Below are positions 39,861-52,929 of a DNA stretch of 64,000 nucleotides, one piece after another. The first letter of the stretch is position 1; the number at the start of each line of letters is the position of its first letter. Under the pieces are notes generated by a model. It was not told the DNA's origin. It made no database searches and was given only the letters and a program-made list of their open reading frames with translations. Source of the DNA: Enoplolaimus lenunculus (taxonomy: Eukaryota); NCBI GenBank assembly GCA_030248215.1, contig JASANG010001546.1, positions 372,001 through 436,000 on the forward strand. Direction: 5' to 3'. A program made the position numbers and the translations under genes.

Positions 39861-42800
39861 TGTATTTTTGTTAGCAACGCATAGCAGCGTCCGGCGGTAT
39901 GTGGCGCCGTCTGGCGGCAATATATATATATATACCTTGTCCACACTTTTGTAGCCATTTGTCCTAAGCTAATGAACGTAGTTCTTATCTCGTTTCCCCC
40001 GTATTATTATCCATTTGATCAACCCTTTTTCAGTTTCCGGCGGGCGGGTGACACTTTTAGATACGCATCATTAGAAGTTATTTGATTCTTAAAATCCCAA
40101 CTTATCTATGACACTCGATCGTTGTCAAGAAAGTCACTGGCGGAATCCAGGGGATGGTGCAAACAGGCCTACGGTCCAACATAAACCAAATCTCGAAATT
40201 TTGCTACAAGATTTCGTGCTAAAATTGCGTTCGGCTACTCGTTCGCTTCGCTCATGGGCGTTCTGTTACTATTAAAAATGATGCGTTTTCCCCGTAAAAA
40301 CGTTTCTGGATTCGCCAAAGGATAAAACGCTATTGAGACAACTTTGTTGCAGAAAAAAAGATATGGATATGTTTGAGTATACGTATTAGACAGCGGCAAA
40401 GAAAGCGAGTGAAACGACTTCTAACAGCTGCCCAACCCTGTCACAGGGAGCCAAACAGTGTTCGCGGGAGCGAATTCAGAATTTACAAGCTTAGACAAAA
40501 AGTTTTAGGGGAATCAAAGTCCTGAGCGGACGATGCTGAGTTTTTGTATTTGGTCCCTTTGACCGGTACATGTGGAGCCAATCCGGCTAACGTCCCACAC
40601 AATGGAGATCAAAACCAAGATTTTGTATCAAAATTGAGTGCCAGAATAGCGTCTCCCTTCTTGATCATTTTGCTCACGGGTTTTTTCTATTAATATAACT
40701 TTCGGACCCCCATTTGCAAATTTCTGGATCCGCCATTCTGTGGCCTTCCCTTGGTTGTGAATCCAAATCGGCAGGGACTGTACGCAAAGGAAGTAAGAAA
40801 CACTAGCGAATCCAGAGAGGGGGCGATATGGGACGTACGCTCCCCATAGAAAATTTTTGTGATAAAACGGTATTGTTTCTACCTTACAATTTTTCCCCTC
40901 AGAAAATGTTTTGTAAAAAAGATAGATCATTAATTTTTCCTTCAGAATTTTTTGTAATAAAATGATAAGGACTTTATTTTACAATTTTTCCACCTCAGAA
41001 AATTTTTGCTGATAAAATGATAAGGTCCCGACCGTACAATTTTTGCGTTTTATAACATTTACCACCCCGCCCCCCTCCGTCAGAAATTGCCCGATCCACA
41101 GCTGATGATACACCAAAATAACAACTCTGAGCGACCGGAAAAGTTTCAACACAAAAACTGGCAAACAGATGCGTGCCTGATTTTTGACAGATTAATAATC
41201 TGTCAGCTTTGATTCAATTATCATAATATAGAAACGGGTGTCTTTTTGCCAGCTAGAAATTATACTCAAAAAACGCATTATGGTTATTATTAAAATACAC
41301 AGTTTCTCGTCAGATAGAAAAGTTAAGAAAATGCTAAATTGAGCGTCAGTGCTTTTAAGTAAAATAAAAATTAATATTTTGAGTTGGAAAACCAATTTTA
41401 ATGATGTTGAATACGGTAATTTCTTGACTTTTTGGTGTATTTTCAAATTCTGAGTTTGATTTCAACGAATTTATCTTAATTAACGAAATTTCACCGTAAT
41501 TTTTCAATTGGATGTTTTTGTTTTGAGTAATAAACAGTAGGTATTTTGAAGTAACAGAAAATTTGTTGAGGTAACACAAAACGCTTTTCGAGTGCATTTT
41601 CATACTCAATATTTTTTTTGAGAAAACAGATTTGTACTTGATGAAATTTTAAGAAAATTTAAAATTGGTAGTTTTTGAAAAATACAAATTATATATTTTA
41701 AGTCGAAAAAGCACTTTTGGTGAAGTAGAATACGGTACTTTTTGCAAACTTAATGAAATTTTTTAGTCAATCAAATTTTAACTCGCGGGTGTTTAGCAAA
41801 TGTTTAGAAACTGGATTTATGCCAATTGCAAAGCGTAGTAAATTTTGTTAACTGCACAATGCAGTTGCTGCCGGTTCGATTGCAAAGCCCGAAGCCGCGC
41901 CTTGCAGTACCCATATATATGGTATCAAGTATAGTCTATGACGTTTACACTGCAAAAAATGGTGTGTCAAATGGACTCTCTCTCCGAAATTGGCTTTTCT
42001 TGACTACACAAAGTGAGTCAAACTTCGACTCCGCGTTATTTCTAGAAGGGTATCCACCATTCAAACTCACAGTAAAACACAGACTGGCGATAACAGCATT
42101 GATCGGTGCGATTTCAGTCGTAATTATAAACATTACTGCAAAATACCCCCATTATTAACATCAGGGAACGAAATAAAAGCAAAACCGCGCTAAATACATT
42201 GATTTGTGCACAGAATGTAGCCAGTTGCATACTCTTATCTGTAATGATTATTTTAAGTATTCAGTCGCATACTCTTGTACATAGCGGTTATCCACTCTTT
42301 ATGGTAAAAAGTAATACTGAATGCAAAGGTGAATGCTAAGATTTAATATGACCTTCATCCAAGGGTGAAATGTTATTAGGACGGCAAATTTTTCCTGGCT
42401 GGGATCTGAAACCTCCCTGGGTCGCCTTCACCGGCTGACAATCAATTTTGTAGACACAGAATTAAAATTTACTAACTGAAATCAAAATATTCCAGTCTTG
42501 GACCACACTTGAACGGGGAAAACTACAATCTTACAGTTTGCTTAATTCATTTCGACTTTATGCAAGCTATTTGCTTTTACAAGAAAAATATTGTTCTAAA
42601 ATCAATTTAAAACTAAAAATATGTATAAATAGAATATATTTACCAATTTATGCTTTATTTGATTTATATTACGAAATACGGCCCATACTGACACAGCAAT
42701 AAAATAATAGAGTGTATAACACTTTTCTAAACCATTTCATCATTCCATATTTAAACTGTAGGCGACTCATTTTTCAACGGTCGTTTACGCTTAAAATACT

Positions 42801-45800
42801 TAAATTATGCTCAAAGTAACCCCGGTGTAGTACCCACATGGGAACTCGACTGATGGGTATTTTGAACCAGAAAAAAACCCCATTCGTTGTGACCCTAAAA
42901 ATTTAAATTTGAACACGAAACCAGCAGCGCAAATTCGCGTGAGAATACGTGTCAGATATCATTTTTCATTCTCTCAACGACATTCCTCGTATACGACTTT
43001 TTGCAGGTTCGGGTTTAAAGTCAAAACGGCCAAAACCGAACGGTAACGGGCTCCAGCCAACCCGCCATCCCACTAGAAATGTTTTATCCCCGCTACTGTT
43101 TTTATTAAATGGCCCCCACATGCCCGTTTTAAAATTGTGCTTGCGCCCCCCCATTTAGCAAGTTGACCTGGCAACAGGCTTGAAATTGATTTTTTCAGTT
43201 CGTTCAAAATTTGTTATCCCATCCTACCGGTGCGTTGTACCCTGCCGTTTTAAAACTTATCTCTTTATATTCGTTGTCTGTTCGGGTGTCACATTTTTAT
43301 ACATCGATTTGTTGTTGTCTGCTTTAAACGCCGCAAACGGATTTATAGATTTTATACTATTAGCTATAATAGCGCGATCACATAGCTAGACGATTTTAGC
43401 TTGTTTTTTTTTAAATTTCTTAAAGACCGGAAGTTTGAAATGGTTTGCTATTTAAAATTGCTGCTGTCTTTGCGGGCGCAATTCATTCTTTAAACTGTTA
43501 ATACAGCTAAATATTTCAATCAGGAAAAATTTACAGTTTTTTTCAGTTTATAGTACAATTGATTTCTAAACGAAAGTTAAAAATCAAACGCTGGGACACT
43601 TTGATTTTGTTATATACCAATTAGCCACTATGTGTTAAATTGCTATACATCCGACACCAGATTTGTACAAGGCTTCAGTAGGTAAAGATACCTTGACATA
43701 CTGTTTTAAACCAGCTAAATTGGTCATATCTAATCAGAATACTACGCATAAAGTCTAAGCTTAAAAGTCTAAATCTACGCATAAACTAAATCTGGGACTA
43801 AACATAGGAGTAACCGTAAACCTAAACGTAAGCCTAAGCTTCCACGATTGTGATTCTACCAGTCCCCCTGTGTCCAAGCGGGCAGCATCCTATTCTTCGC
43901 AGGGGCCGAGCTTACGGTACCTAAGCCTTTGCCTAAACCTAAGCCTATGCCTAAACCTAAGCATTTGCTTATTAGCTTAGGTCTGCTAAGCAAAGTGTAC
44001 GAGAGTAAAAAATATATATATAACAATGAATGGTAGTGAATACACAAAATCAGCGTAATCTAAACTGAAATGATTTTGTTTCTTTATCGACTAAAATTAA
44101 TATTCCAGTTTCAATACAGGGGTCGTATCATACAGTGCCCTCCCCGCAATATTTTGACTACGAATTAAGCTTGAAATTTTGCCTGCAATGGGTTTTCGCT
44201 TTAAGATATCGCGTGCCACTCAAAGCATTGCATAAACCAGTTTTTGTACCCAAGCCTAAGCTTAAACCCAAGATTGCCATGCGGCTTTACTTAATTGAAA
44301 ATCTGCTCCCTGGGGAGCGGATCGCATTCCCTGCAACCTTCTCGGTCCCTACCAGGTGTAGTCAAATATCCGTTTCCGCTTCCGGTAAAAATCAGTGTCC
44401 GTTTCTGTTTCCGTTTTCGTTATAGAAATGCTGGAAATTCGGCTAGTTTTACGCTCAAAATTAGTTATAAACAAGCATCTATATCGCAATTTTTATCACA
44501 GATTTACTCTAACTGTTCGAAATAATACAAAAGGTACGAAATTCGTCCAAAATCGTACAAATTTCGGTGCGTCCGCAATTTCTTTTTTACAATTTTAGAA
44601 AGCCCCGTGAGTGTTCGCTGGCGTCATTGTAGTTGACAGAAAAATACAACATTTGTGAAACGTTTACACTTCAATATCCGTTTTCCGTTTCCGTTATTCT
44701 GATTATTATCCGTTTCCGTTTTTGTTTCCGCTATTTTAGCTATCCGTTTACACCGTTATCCCCACGCATATCTTACGTGTTACATGCTAACCGCTAGCGC
44801 TTACATACTGAAAAGAGGGGCACAAGACGTAACATCGGAAAATACCCGTAGCGAGTTCCAGAATACCATTTTATTGTTAAACTGTAATACAAAATCTTGG
44901 TTTTGATTCCTGTTCAGACGGACCTATGCCGGTGTGGACCCCTCTCGCTTGGATCCGCTAGTGAGCGCTTGTCAATCGCTACGACAAAAAGTCAACGCGA
45001 AATCTGACCGGATACTACTGTGGTTTCATTGTCATCAGTTTTAGGTTTATTTGACCAGTTTACGTAGACGCCAGTGAACCTAAATTTGAACGACGCGTTC
45101 GTGTGAAATTACACCCGGGGGATTTTGAACTGATACATACATGTACGCTTGTGATCCTTTGAATAAAGTTGAATTTCAACAAAACTCGCCTGTAGCTCAC
45201 GTCCCGTGCTGTGTATTTTGAAGTCGCTCACTATCAGATCATAGGGGTTCACATCCTACTATACGCTCTGCAACTGGGATTAAAATTGCAAAAAATTAAT
45301 TTGTATTAAAATTTAGCACTAAAATTGCGTTTGATTTGTTGGTTTTTTTGCCACTCGCGATCTTATGTCACCATTATATATCTGCGGCATCGTTTGTCGT
45401 CAAAAATTTCCGGATCCGCGACTGGTAGTCGACAAAAGCGGTTTCAGGCCAAATTTAAATCAATTTTAACCGCTTGCCGAAAAACCTGTGCTTACAAAGT
45501 GTTAGCGCAAATAAACCGTTTGTTGTTTTCAAACTTGGATACCAGTGTGTTGAGTAGCGTTCGTCCTGAGGACAGGGACGTACACAATTCCAGGGATATG
45601 AGAGATTTATCCCGTCATGAAATTTTAGACAAACGGAAATAAAAGATCGTTTTTATGGATTTTAGAATAACCAGCTGGACCACAAAACAAAATGTAATTT
45701 ATAGCTGAGTATGCTCGTTCTCAAATTTTGCATGACGTTTATGTTTCCGACGTATTGCCATGTACTCCCCTGCCTCGGCTGCGAGACAGGACTTCCATGT

Positions 45801-46870
45801 AAAGTATCAACCAGAGGCTCAGCAGCTTATTCAAACACAGGGGGTACATACTCAGAAGCTCAATATATAACAGCTTAAGAAACCTCATGAGCAAAAAGCC
45901 AAATAAGCATAAATAACGCGATTGTTAACCTCTGTGCGCTGGAAGCTCTTAGGGACTCGGTATCCCAATGTACCTGCCGCGTGTTGCGTTTGGCCGTTAT
46001 TTTCGTGTACAGTTGATCGGCCCTTACCGCTATACTGAGTCTCAGAGTAGGACATTACCCGCGGGTCGGGAAAAGAATTTCAGGCGCGGGTATACCCACG
46101 GGTAAAAAATTCATATTTGCGTGGGTATAGCGCGGGTCGGGTAAAAAATCCTTAGCCACTTCCAACTCTTCTGAGGCTACACTCGAAATCGTTTTGGTAT
46201 ACCCGCGTTTTTCTAAATGCTCAACATATCAATGCCCCCATGTGCGATTTTCGACACGAAATTTCTAGAAGTACAATTCATTAAAACATACCCTTAAGTA
46301 GCAGTCTATGATTTGAGAAAGTAGACTTTGACTTAGTAGGTTGCTACGAACTTACTAAGATTAGTTCGATTTCCGTTTGTTTGCCACAAGAACAATATCT
46401 GACATCGGCACAGGCAGGCATCCGCAAAGGGGATCAGCTATTTTCCGCTCTATGGATCCTTTAAGTGTTTTTTGGCATACAAAGGTATATGGAACAAAAT
46501 ACCGCCCATTGCCGTCGGATAAGGATTTATGACATTTTGTTCACTGGATACTGGTCAGTTAGTTTATCCCAATCTAATAATCCTTCAGCAATCATTGTAT
46601 TTACACTAATAAGATTTTATAGTTCAATTTATGCGTATAATTGTGTTTCTTGTTATTTTTGCGCAGCTATGAAACTAAATCAGTGCAAGTTAATTATTGA
46701 TATTTTAATTCAGGAGACGTAGAATGAGGTTTAGTACCTTTTGCCAGATAGAGAAAGCTTATGGTTATCTGTAACATTTGTAACTGCGGGATTATTCTTT
46801 AAGGTGGCGTTAATATACTTGTCGTGTGATCAGATCTTCTTTATTTGAAACAAAACGGCTTGGCTGTTTA

Positions 46871-47420
46871 AGGGATAAGTTTAGGTTCTGGTTTCGGCTT
46901 GGTTATTAAGGATAAGTTTAGATTCTGGTTTCGGCTTGGTTATTAGGGATAAGTTTAGGTTCTGGTTTCGGCTTGGTTATTAGGGATAAGTTTAGGTTCT
47001 GGTTTCGTCTTGGTTATTAGGGATAAGTTTAGGTTCTGGTTTCGGCTTGGTTATTAGGGATAAGTTTAGGTTCTGGTTTCGGCTTGGTTATTAGGGATAA
47101 GTTTAGGTTCTGGTTTCGTCTTGGTTATTAGGGATAAGTTTAGGTTCTGGTTTCGGCTTGGTTATTAGGGATAAGTTTAGGTTCTGGTTTCGTCTTGGTT
47201 ATTAGGGATAAGTTTAGGTTCTGGTTTCGTCTTGGTTATTAGGGATAAGTTTAGGTTCTGGTTTCGTCTTGGTTATTAGGGATAAGTTTAGGTTCTGGTT
47301 TCGTCTTGGTTATTAGGGATAAGTTTAGGTTCTGGTTTCGTCTTGGTTATTAGGGATAAGTTTAGGTTCTGGTTTCGTCTTGGTTATTAGGGATAAGTTT
47401 AGGTTCTGGTTTCGACTAGG
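46871..47420 (+). repeat. 37-bp minisatellite TAGGGATAAGTTTAGGTTCTGGTTTCG(G/T)CTTGGTTAT, about 15 copies
   Basis: Period 37 (46981, 47018, ...), near-identical units. Confidence 0.97.
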
Positions 47421-47533
47421 GATTTTTTATTTTTGCTTTATTACACACCTGCAGTTATATTTCATGTGCTTAATTACTGATGTTGGGCGGCGATGCGGTA
47501 CATTTTTATTTTTAATTAACAGCGATTGGTTAA

Positions 47534-47844
47534 ACCAAGAGTGCATGATACAAGAGTGTACAGCTGGTTCCGCATGGTATAAAATGTACCACCGGGCGTT
47601 GCGTTTTTGGCCGGTCCCCTCTTGTTTGGTGGGGGGTCGCAGTCACATGCAATAATTCTAAATTAAACTATTAGCGAAGCACTTTTTGGTGCCGGATACA
47701 TGCAGTGTCATGGTTCACACCGGTTGTACCCCCCATTTAAATAAGGGGTAGGCAAAGTCGCAACGCGTGCCGGGTACATTCTGTCCTACACAGAATGTGC
47801 TCAGTTGCATACTCTTTTTGAATTATGCATCATCCACTCTTAGT
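47534..47844. mobile_element. Family G foldback element
   Basis: ACCAAGAGTGCATGAT ... ATCATCCACTCTTAGT with an inner inverted pair. Confidence 0.7.
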
Positions 47845-47999
47845 TAAACGCATATTTTATAAATTCAATTAGCTATGTAATATTTGTTAAATTTGTTAGA
47901 TTTAAATTATTTTGGCTCCTGTATTGGGTTACCGGTATTTAAATTATTTAAAAGTTCAAAAAAGTTTTACCCAATGACGTGTAGAACTTGACTGAATGT

Positions 48000-48273
48000 A
48001 TGTTGAATTTCAACTGGATATTATCGCGTGTACTATTGATTAATGCGTGCCATATTGTGCAAATTTTGCTTCAATTAAATCAACATTGGGATGTTGCCAG
48101 GGCTGAACTGGTTCTAACATCCAGCGCTACTATGCCTGTGTACCGTGAAAATCAAGGATCCGACCCAAACTATGACCCCTCAGCAGAACCACACGATACG
48201 ATGAGTGATGGAATGCCTGAGTTTCGACTTCGGAAATCTAAATTTGATTATTCGGAACATTTTTTGGGCCAAG
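48000..48273 (+). CDS. Proximal first coding exon (1c) of the ODR-2-like gene
   Basis: ATG, hydrophobic N-terminus (WILSRVLLINACHIVQILLQL), phase-1 donor AAG|GTTGGT gives ...FLGQ-D-TTKCYSC. Confidence 0.65.
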
Positions 48274-49072
48274 GTTGGTAGGATTTTGAAAAAAAGATTT
48301 TTGTGACAGTTTAAAATTTTAGGAACTATGCCTTGTTAAAAATTGATTTGTATCCGGAAGTTTTTGGACTTTTCAGCGTTTGATATCGTGGATGTTTGAT
48401 AATGGTGAGACAGCAGTATTATAATGAAGTACTATTGTTTGCGTTTCTTGCAAACAATTCGCGCTCACCGAAATCCTGAAATTCGATTTTACATTTTTCC
48501 TTTTGTACTTAAATCTTGCATATTTGCAACCCCTAAAACATTCCTCGCCAAACTCTGTGTTCCCGAACACTGCGCAGTATTTTTGTTTGCATTTCGGTTC
48601 GCTGTTTAATTCTTTGCTACATCGTGTACATTGACTTTTAAATGAATGTTGTAATTTGCATATATGTGCTGTCTCTTGTTTACATATGAAACAATTTATT
48701 ACAACAGCTGGAATACTGTTCAAAATACGTATGTGGAACTTTCTAGCTTTAATAATATAGATAAATATTCTGAGTTACAAACAAAGTTTCGAAAAGTAAA
48801 AATTGCAATAAAGAAACAATGTTGAGGTGCTGATTTGCAATAGCAATTTAGTGATATCCGGTTACAGGCTAAGCGTCTCTTACTGCATTCCGGTCTGTCA
48901 AAAGCGTCAAAGAACACCGGTTTGAATTTTTAACCGGTCCCTGATTAATTTTCGTATTACTTCGCTTTAACCAAACTCAAAACGATGAGCGATATTTTTT
49001 CAAACTTCCGTTCAAATTGCAATGGTTGAATTGAAAACTGAATTGAATTTATAAAATTCATTTGTATTTCAG

Positions 49073-49258
49073 ACACAACCAAGTGCTACAGTTGTATGTC
49101 GGACGTTTATTTGAAAGCTTGGGATCGACTACGTTACACGTACACTCAGCCGCGTAATTTTAGCGAACAGTGCAACGATAATTATCAACAAATAAATATC
49201 GGTACAGTGGATTGTCCAACAATTTGTGTCGTTATGATCGATGAAACTGTGATCGCAG
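49073..49258 (+). CDS. odr-2: ODR-2/HOT-family Ly-6 protein, common exon 2
   Basis: TTTCAG acceptor; TTKCYSCMSDVYLKAW...PRNFSEQC...DCPTICVV...IAG; phase-1 donor CAG|GTACAA. Family assignment is solid; exact orthology is from recalled similarity. Confidence 0.88.
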
Positions 49259-49476
49259 GTACAATTCCCCCACCCCCGCCCTCCCCCCTCAGCGCGCGGT
49301 CTACCACGACCATTACCAGAGACCCTGGTTGCTCATGTATGGAATGCGCGCCGATACAAAACCCGCAGGCTCAGGCCATGGGTGATGATCAGAGATTTGG
49401 TTTGGGACAGTTGAGACCGGACCTGTAGCCAACTCACGTTGTTACGAGGGGCTGAACATTTTTCAGGAGGAGCATA

Positions 49477-49832
49477 CTCTCTAAAAACTTAAACTTAAAT
49501 TACAGCTTAACTAAACTTGAATATTAGTTTAAGTAAAACTTAAATGGCTGGACGGACTAACTAAACTAGAATTTTAAGTTTTAGTTGAACTAGTATATTT
49601 TTAAGTTTAACACGAGTTTAATTGAACTTATTTTTAGATTAAGCAAAAAGTGCAGCCCAGAAATTATGTGTAACAAAGAGTTCACTATAAGTTTAGCTTA
49701 AACTAAAAATACGTAAAATTTTAAATTAGTTTAAGCGTATCCTACCCGTTAGTTCAGTTATTCTTAAAATTTAGTTTAATACTACTGGATTAGCTTAAGC
49801 TTATCTCAATTTAGTATAAGCTTTTAGAAAGT
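49477..49832 (+). mobile_element. AT-rich MITE in the Ly-6 gene intron
   Basis: Second copy of 31853-32240. Confidence 0.75.
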
Positions 49833-50378
49833 ACAATGAATCAATTGTTAATTTATAAAGCTTAATTATTAACCGAGATGGAAGCTAAAGTATAACTTGT
49901 AAAGGATTTATGCACAAGCTAAGAGTTCCGGCTGGACTGAAGTATTAACTGATAATATGTTAAGATTCAAGCACAGGACTATGATTAAGGACATTGTGTA
50001 ATTCAGATAATAGCACTCTTGTACACTTCCCTTTGAAGGCTTAGGTTTGAGCTTAGCTTAGACTGATGTTTCTGCGAATTCTTTCCTAAGCCTAAGCCTA
50101 AGCTTAAATGTTTTACCTAAAATCTTCCATTGGCCTACGCCTGAGCATAAGCCTTAGCCTATGGGTTAATCTTAAATAAACAACCGTATTCCACGCGGGT
50201 ATCACATTGCAACAAATTATAGAAATAGCAATTAAATTGCAATGTACAATACCGAAGCCTGGGATCTAGGCCCTGGTATAAAAGGAATTTAATATCAAAA
50301 TTACGTGTGGCCTCTCGCTCGCTTCGCTCATACTTTATCAGTTGATATTTCTATTTCATGCTAAATAAATATTTTCAG

Positions 50379-50764
50379 GATTTAGCTATTTTGGCTTTAT
50401 CCGCGGTTGCTATGACAACATCTTACAGAACGGCTACAACGAAACCATCGTTCAACACGATGGCTGGCTACGAATGAATACATGTCGCCGATATAATCGC
50501 TACGAGTTGCTTATGTTGCCAAAGTCGCTCAGGCATAGACATTCACAGTACGGGGGAAACAATGGATATCGTGGCTCAGATTATAACGATGGGGGTATAT
50601 GGCTGTGTACGTGTTATGGCGATAAATGCAATCGGGGGGTACCACAGTACTCAAAGCGGGCCCCCTCGATGTTTCAATCAACAGCGTGTTCCAGTTGGGC
50701 TCTGGTGCTATGGGCTATTACGCTACACTGCCTAACTTATACAGTGCTTTCAACCTTAAGATAG
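50379..50764 (+). CDS. odr-2: ODR-2/HOT-family Ly-6 protein, last exon with GPI-signal-like tail
   Basis: TTTTCAG acceptor in matching phase; GFIRGC...GYNETIV...TCRRY...LCTCYGDKCN (10 Cys in total across the domain); hydrophobic WALVLWAITLHCLTYTVL before the stop; AATAAA at 50994. Confidence 0.9.
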
Positions 50765-51297
50765 CTACAATGCCCGGTGTTTAAAATCTTCGTTTCAATA
50801 CGATTTTTGGTCAATTTTAAGATTTAAAAACCAATGATAAAGATGGATATTTGCGGAAAGAATATCTTTATCGCAGAACATTTTAAAATTTGAACGGCAA
50901 ACATCAAAAACAACGTTTGGAATAATAGAATATGACTTCGGTTTTATTTTCTGGTTCATGCATCTGTGTTAAAGTTCCGGCTAAACGTACGCAAATAAAC
51001 GTCCGGTGGGATCAATTCAGTGTGTAGCTACTTGGTTGAGGGTCCGGGTCACGCATGAATACCGGTGGATAATTTGGAATATCCCGGAAGATGCGAAAAA
51101 ATTACTATTTTGCAAGAATTGTGACCTTCTGGTTGTATGGCAACTAATTTGACTTACGTGGATTTCATTGGAATCGAAGGATTTTACTATTCCAACTATG
51201 ATCTCAACTCATTGGTGCACCTATAACAGCTACGAGGGAACGAAATGTCGCATACTGATTTTTAGATTGTTTATTGTGTGAACCGTTTCATACCTTG

Positions 51298-51487
51298 GGA
51301 TTATGTAACGATCAGAGGCGGAATATTTTTTCTGTCAAACTGCAATAGAGTAAGTTTAAGCTTTAGAATGATTTTTTTCATTAGGCTTGGGCTTAGGTTT
51401 AGGTGTAAGCTGATTATGACGCTTAGGCTTAGGCTTAATAAAATGCTTATATATACTACTGTTACGGTCCTGTTCTATACATTGGCT
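51298..51487 (+). mobile_element. Degenerate family A MITE (another at ~51796-51976)
   Basis: ATGTAACGATCAGAGGCGGAA ... CTGTTCTATACATTGGC with TTAGGC inside. Confidence 0.7.
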
Positions 51488-52042
51488 TATGCCTTGCACG
51501 ACTGATGATAGAACGACAGTTTAAATGACCAGTAGTAAATCCCTTCGAGTAAGAGTATTCAATTGGTGAGTGGAAATATTCATCGGCGCATATTTTGCTG
51601 CGCTGGCACTACGAGAGCAAATGACGGCCTACGATTAAATCCGTTTCCACCTGGAAGCAATTTTTTTGGTTAAAACAATTTACGAAAAAACTTTGGTCAT
51701 CTTTTTGAAAATTTCACATTGCAGACGAAGTTATTTTGTTTTCGATTTAATGACGATGTTAAATAACCTTGAAGTTAAACTTTCTAACAAAACACAGCCA
51801 ATGTTAACAACAGATGGGGAACGTTTTTCTGCGGGACTGCAATACAATAAGCTTAAGCTTTAGACTAATTTTCTGCTCAGGCTAAGGATTGGGCTTATGC
51901 GTAGGGTTAGGTATACCTACGCTCGTTTTTGCGCTTATAGGTTTAGGCTAGGAATAGGATTATACTAATGATACGGCCCTGTTCTATAATTTCGCACCGA
52001 ATCTCTGAAAATACAAAAGTTGCATACTCGTATCAATTGTTA

Positions 52043-52252
52043 CACTGCAAAAAATGCTGAGTCAAATTGACTTTTTCCGAAATAGGCTCTGCAGGAATAC
52101 ACAAACGGAGTCAAATTCGACTCCGTCAGAGTTAAATTAGAATCACCGAGTAGTACGTTTGACTCTGGCTAAAGTTGAATTTGACTCAGTTTGTGTAGTC
52201 CCGTAGAGCCTACTTCGGAGAGAGTCCATTTGACTCACCATTTTTTGCAGTG
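52043..52252. mobile_element. CACTG MITE, family E
   Basis: Long imperfect palindrome CACTGCAAAAAATG ... CATTTTTTGCAGTG. Confidence 0.85.
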
Positions 52253-52722
52253 ATGATATTATTCAATCATGTCGGCGCACCAAACTCCTTTTAACTAGTT
52301 GAAATATGTTGTGTGCTCATGTAAAGTTCATAAAGAACCACCAATGTCAAGGGTATCAATGAGTATGAAAGTATATAAATAAACAAATGAACAATAATTC
52401 CATTGTAGTTTACCGAATACCTATTTGAACTAAATTTGAAAAAACATAGAATTTGTTTTAAGCTTTGGACGTTTGACCAAAAATGTAAGAATTTTTTTAA
52501 ATTATTTCACATATTTCAGCAACTTCAAAAATTTTCAAAATCTAACCATTTGTGGACAAAGTTCGACTGGACCAGGGATAATGATAAATAACAACAGCAC
52601 ATTTTTAAAATAACATTCTGGATCTTGGAGGTAGGAACAAATTATAATTTACATGAGATATATACTATTTTGATGTCAAAACTTGGCTAGGCTACTGTAC
52701 CAATATTTGAGCTCTAGAAATA

Positions 52723-52929
52723 CACTGCAAAAAATTGGTGAGTCAAATTGACTCTCTCCGAAATAGACATTTTTTGGGACTACACAAACTGAGTTCGACT
52801 CCGCCAGAGTCAAATTCGACCTACTTAGTAGCAAGTTTGACTCTAGTGGATTCGAAATTGACTCAATTTATGTATTCCCGAAAAGCCTAATTCGGAGAGG
52901 GTCAATTGGGCTCATGATTTTTGGCAGTG
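52723..52929. mobile_element. CACTG MITE, family E
   Basis: Same ends and body as 52043-52252. Confidence 0.85.

Noticed and set aside
45000..45060. Hammerhead-like CTGATGA-caat-GAAAC on the minus strand
   Set aside because: Stem I cannot form in either topology and stem II is essentially absent
46871..47420. 37-bp repeat array of CRISPR-like unit length
   Set aside because: Units are directly adjacent with no spacers, the context is eukaryotic, and there are no cas genes
49259..49428. Pro-rich continuation of ORF 49096-49428
   Set aside because: Read-through into the intron after the donor at 49259
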